A stretch of 64,000 nucleotides of DNA from Gekko japonicus (lineage: Eukaryota). The position numbers were made by a program, and so were the translations under genes. The stretch spans positions 1,456,222-1,520,221 of the forward strand of contig NW_015161407.1 in NCBI RefSeq assembly GCF_001447785.1, read 5' to 3'. The first letter of the stretch is position 1, and each line of letters opens with the position of its first letter. This document shows positions 63,758 to 64,000 of this stretch, one piece after another. The notes below the pieces were generated by a model that worked only from the letters and a program-made list of their open reading frames with translations, made no database searches and was not told the DNA's origin.

Positions 63758-64000
63758 GCAGGGGAGTTTAGTTATCAGCACACAGAGACACAATAGAGAC
63801 AAGATCAACAAATCAGAACACTTCCAGCAATATGCTTCAATCTGAATCTTAAGTATATAGCACAGGATATTAGCTGTTGGTACATGGGTCCAGATTAATA
63901 TCAAGTTATACAAAATATCACTGAAGGCAAGTGTACTCGCACTGCACCTCACTGACTTGGTAAATACAAGACTGCATGGCAGCCTGATTCAAACTGAGGA

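Noticed and set aside
62987-63952. CpG island and 205-aa ORF as EGF promoter or exon
   Set aside because: CpG-rich part is bounded by hAT TIRs and a TSD; no EGF-like peptide recognised

Overview
Vertebrate genomic DNA from a squamate reptile, probably a gecko (inferred from Sauria-type SINEs, a Squam3/MIR-like SINE with a (CTT)n tail, CR1/L2/BovB fragments and an abundant TAGGGTTGCC hAT MITE). The window is the conserved CFI(-)-GAR1(+)-RRH(+)-LRIT3(+) block, the same order as human 4q25, where EGF follows; no EGF exon was recognised here. I could assemble exons 1-4 of complement factor I and complete phase-consistent models for GAR1 (215 aa, one U12-type intron), peropsin RRH (333 aa, 7 exons) and LRIT3 (654 aa, 4 exons). 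The rest is transposon-rich: a young Gypsy/Mag-like LTR element (LTR, tRNA-Ser PBS, gag, protease) in sense orientation in CFI intron 4, a related solo LTR and internal fragment beside a 535-N gap, hAT MITEs with 8-bp TSDs, Sauria and 5S-derived SINEs, Penelope fragments with a minimal hammerhead motif, and probable Helitron 5' ends. I see no convincing new multi-gene system. The best leads are the sense LTR in CFI, an apparently chimeric SINE (Sauria-like head, L2-like tail), the Penelope hammerhead hairpin in GAR1 intron 1, and an exon-like SRCR-resembling relic in CFI intron 3. All calls are by eye, without database searches.
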